Positions 63,668 through 64,000 of a stretch of DNA of 64,000 nt are shown piece by piece. Under the pieces are notes generated by a model. That model was not told the origin of the DNA, ran no database searches, and was given only the letters and a program-made list of their open reading frames with translations. Source of the stretch: Flavobacteriales bacterium (lineage in GTDB: Bacteria > Bacteroidota > Bacteroidia > Flavobacteriales_F > PHOS-HE28); the NCBI GenBank assembly GCA_017987115.1, contig JAGNUG010000005.1, positions 669 to 64,668 of the forward strand. Reading direction: 5' to 3'. Positions within the stretch are counted from its first letter, which is position 1; every line of letters begins with the position of its first letter. The position numbers and the translations under genes were made by a program.

Positions 63668-64000
63668 ATCCAACTGTCCATTAGCTGGGACCTTGAACAG
63701 GCTTCTATCATGAACCGGCATTGTATTGTCTCCAAAATAACGCTTACGCATTACATTGAAGACAGAACGAATGTTCTCAGATAATGGACCTTCTCCGCGC
63801 ATGCGTCTACCCAACTTGCTATCGTTCATTCCACCACCATGCAATTCGGAGATCTGTGCGATCACTTTGGCTGCACGGTCCGGAAAGTGATGCTCCAACC
63901 AGTTTCGGAATACATCTTCTACCGGCCCATTGGTACGTACGACCGTATAACTCGCAGTGCGTGCGCCAGCATCAGCAGCAGACCGCAACAGATCCGGTAC
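63656..64000 (-). CDS. C-terminal part of a radical SAM/DNA-photolyase-like (SplB-type) protein, truncated by the window edge
   Basis: The ORF is open to the window end. The assignment is tentative, from the tail 'NWLEHHFPDRAAKVIAQISELHGG...'. Confidence 0.45.
   Translation of the reverse strand, partial: VPDLLRSAADAGARTASYTVVRTNGPVEDVFRNWLEHHFPDRAAKVIAQISELHGGGMNDSKLGRRMRGEGPLSENIRSVFNVMRKRYFGDNTMPVHDRSLFKVPANGQLDLFS

Overview
64-kb chromosomal window from a Bacteroidota-type genome. Support for that call: several T9SS C-terminal sorting domains, many lipobox signal peptides, and core genes at roughly 48-50% GC judged by eye. The window has two parts.

(1) Positions 1-21,328 are a one-directional array of about 25 integron-type gene cassettes.
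- The cassette ORFs are AT-rich, mostly orphan, and on the + strand. About half encode lipoproteins, secreted proteins or membrane proteins.
- Three kinds of attC-like sites separate them: seven ~125-bp homogeneous 'class A' sites, about eight short heterogeneous sites, and seven GC-rich ~500-bp 'class B' composite sites.
- The class B sites are the most unusual thing here. Each carries a start-less copy of the 3' end of the FN3-domain gene at 4758-5375, that gene's GC-rich terminator hairpin, and a ~105-nt attC-like right arm.
- One high-GC cassette (3381-5603) holds the full FN3 gene, a divergent 223-aa ORF, and between them six and a half 42-bp iteron-like repeats next to an AT-rich tract. 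This looks like a replicon.
- No integrase is in the window. The array runs off the left edge and ends at a 23-bp minimal R''/R' junction beside the cupin and folD genes.

(2) Positions 21,329-64,000 are ordinary core genome.
- Recognisable genes: folD, ffh, DEAD-box helicase, phoD-like, marR/nitroreductase, ompA-like, msrA, an orphan dcm, a response regulator, ppsA, an AhpD-like/radical-SAM(ArsS-type)/DUF2064 trio followed downstream (after an intervening T9SS esterase gene and a 666-bp gap) by selU-selD, usp, PQQ-type dehydrogenases, PAP2, acylphosphatase and thpR.
- Smaller oddities: a tandem duplication of the ffh 3' end, a perfect 72-bp direct repeat bracketing a T9SS gene, and a 666-bp non-coding gap.

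All calls come from reading the sequence and the ORF track. No database searches or folding programs were run.
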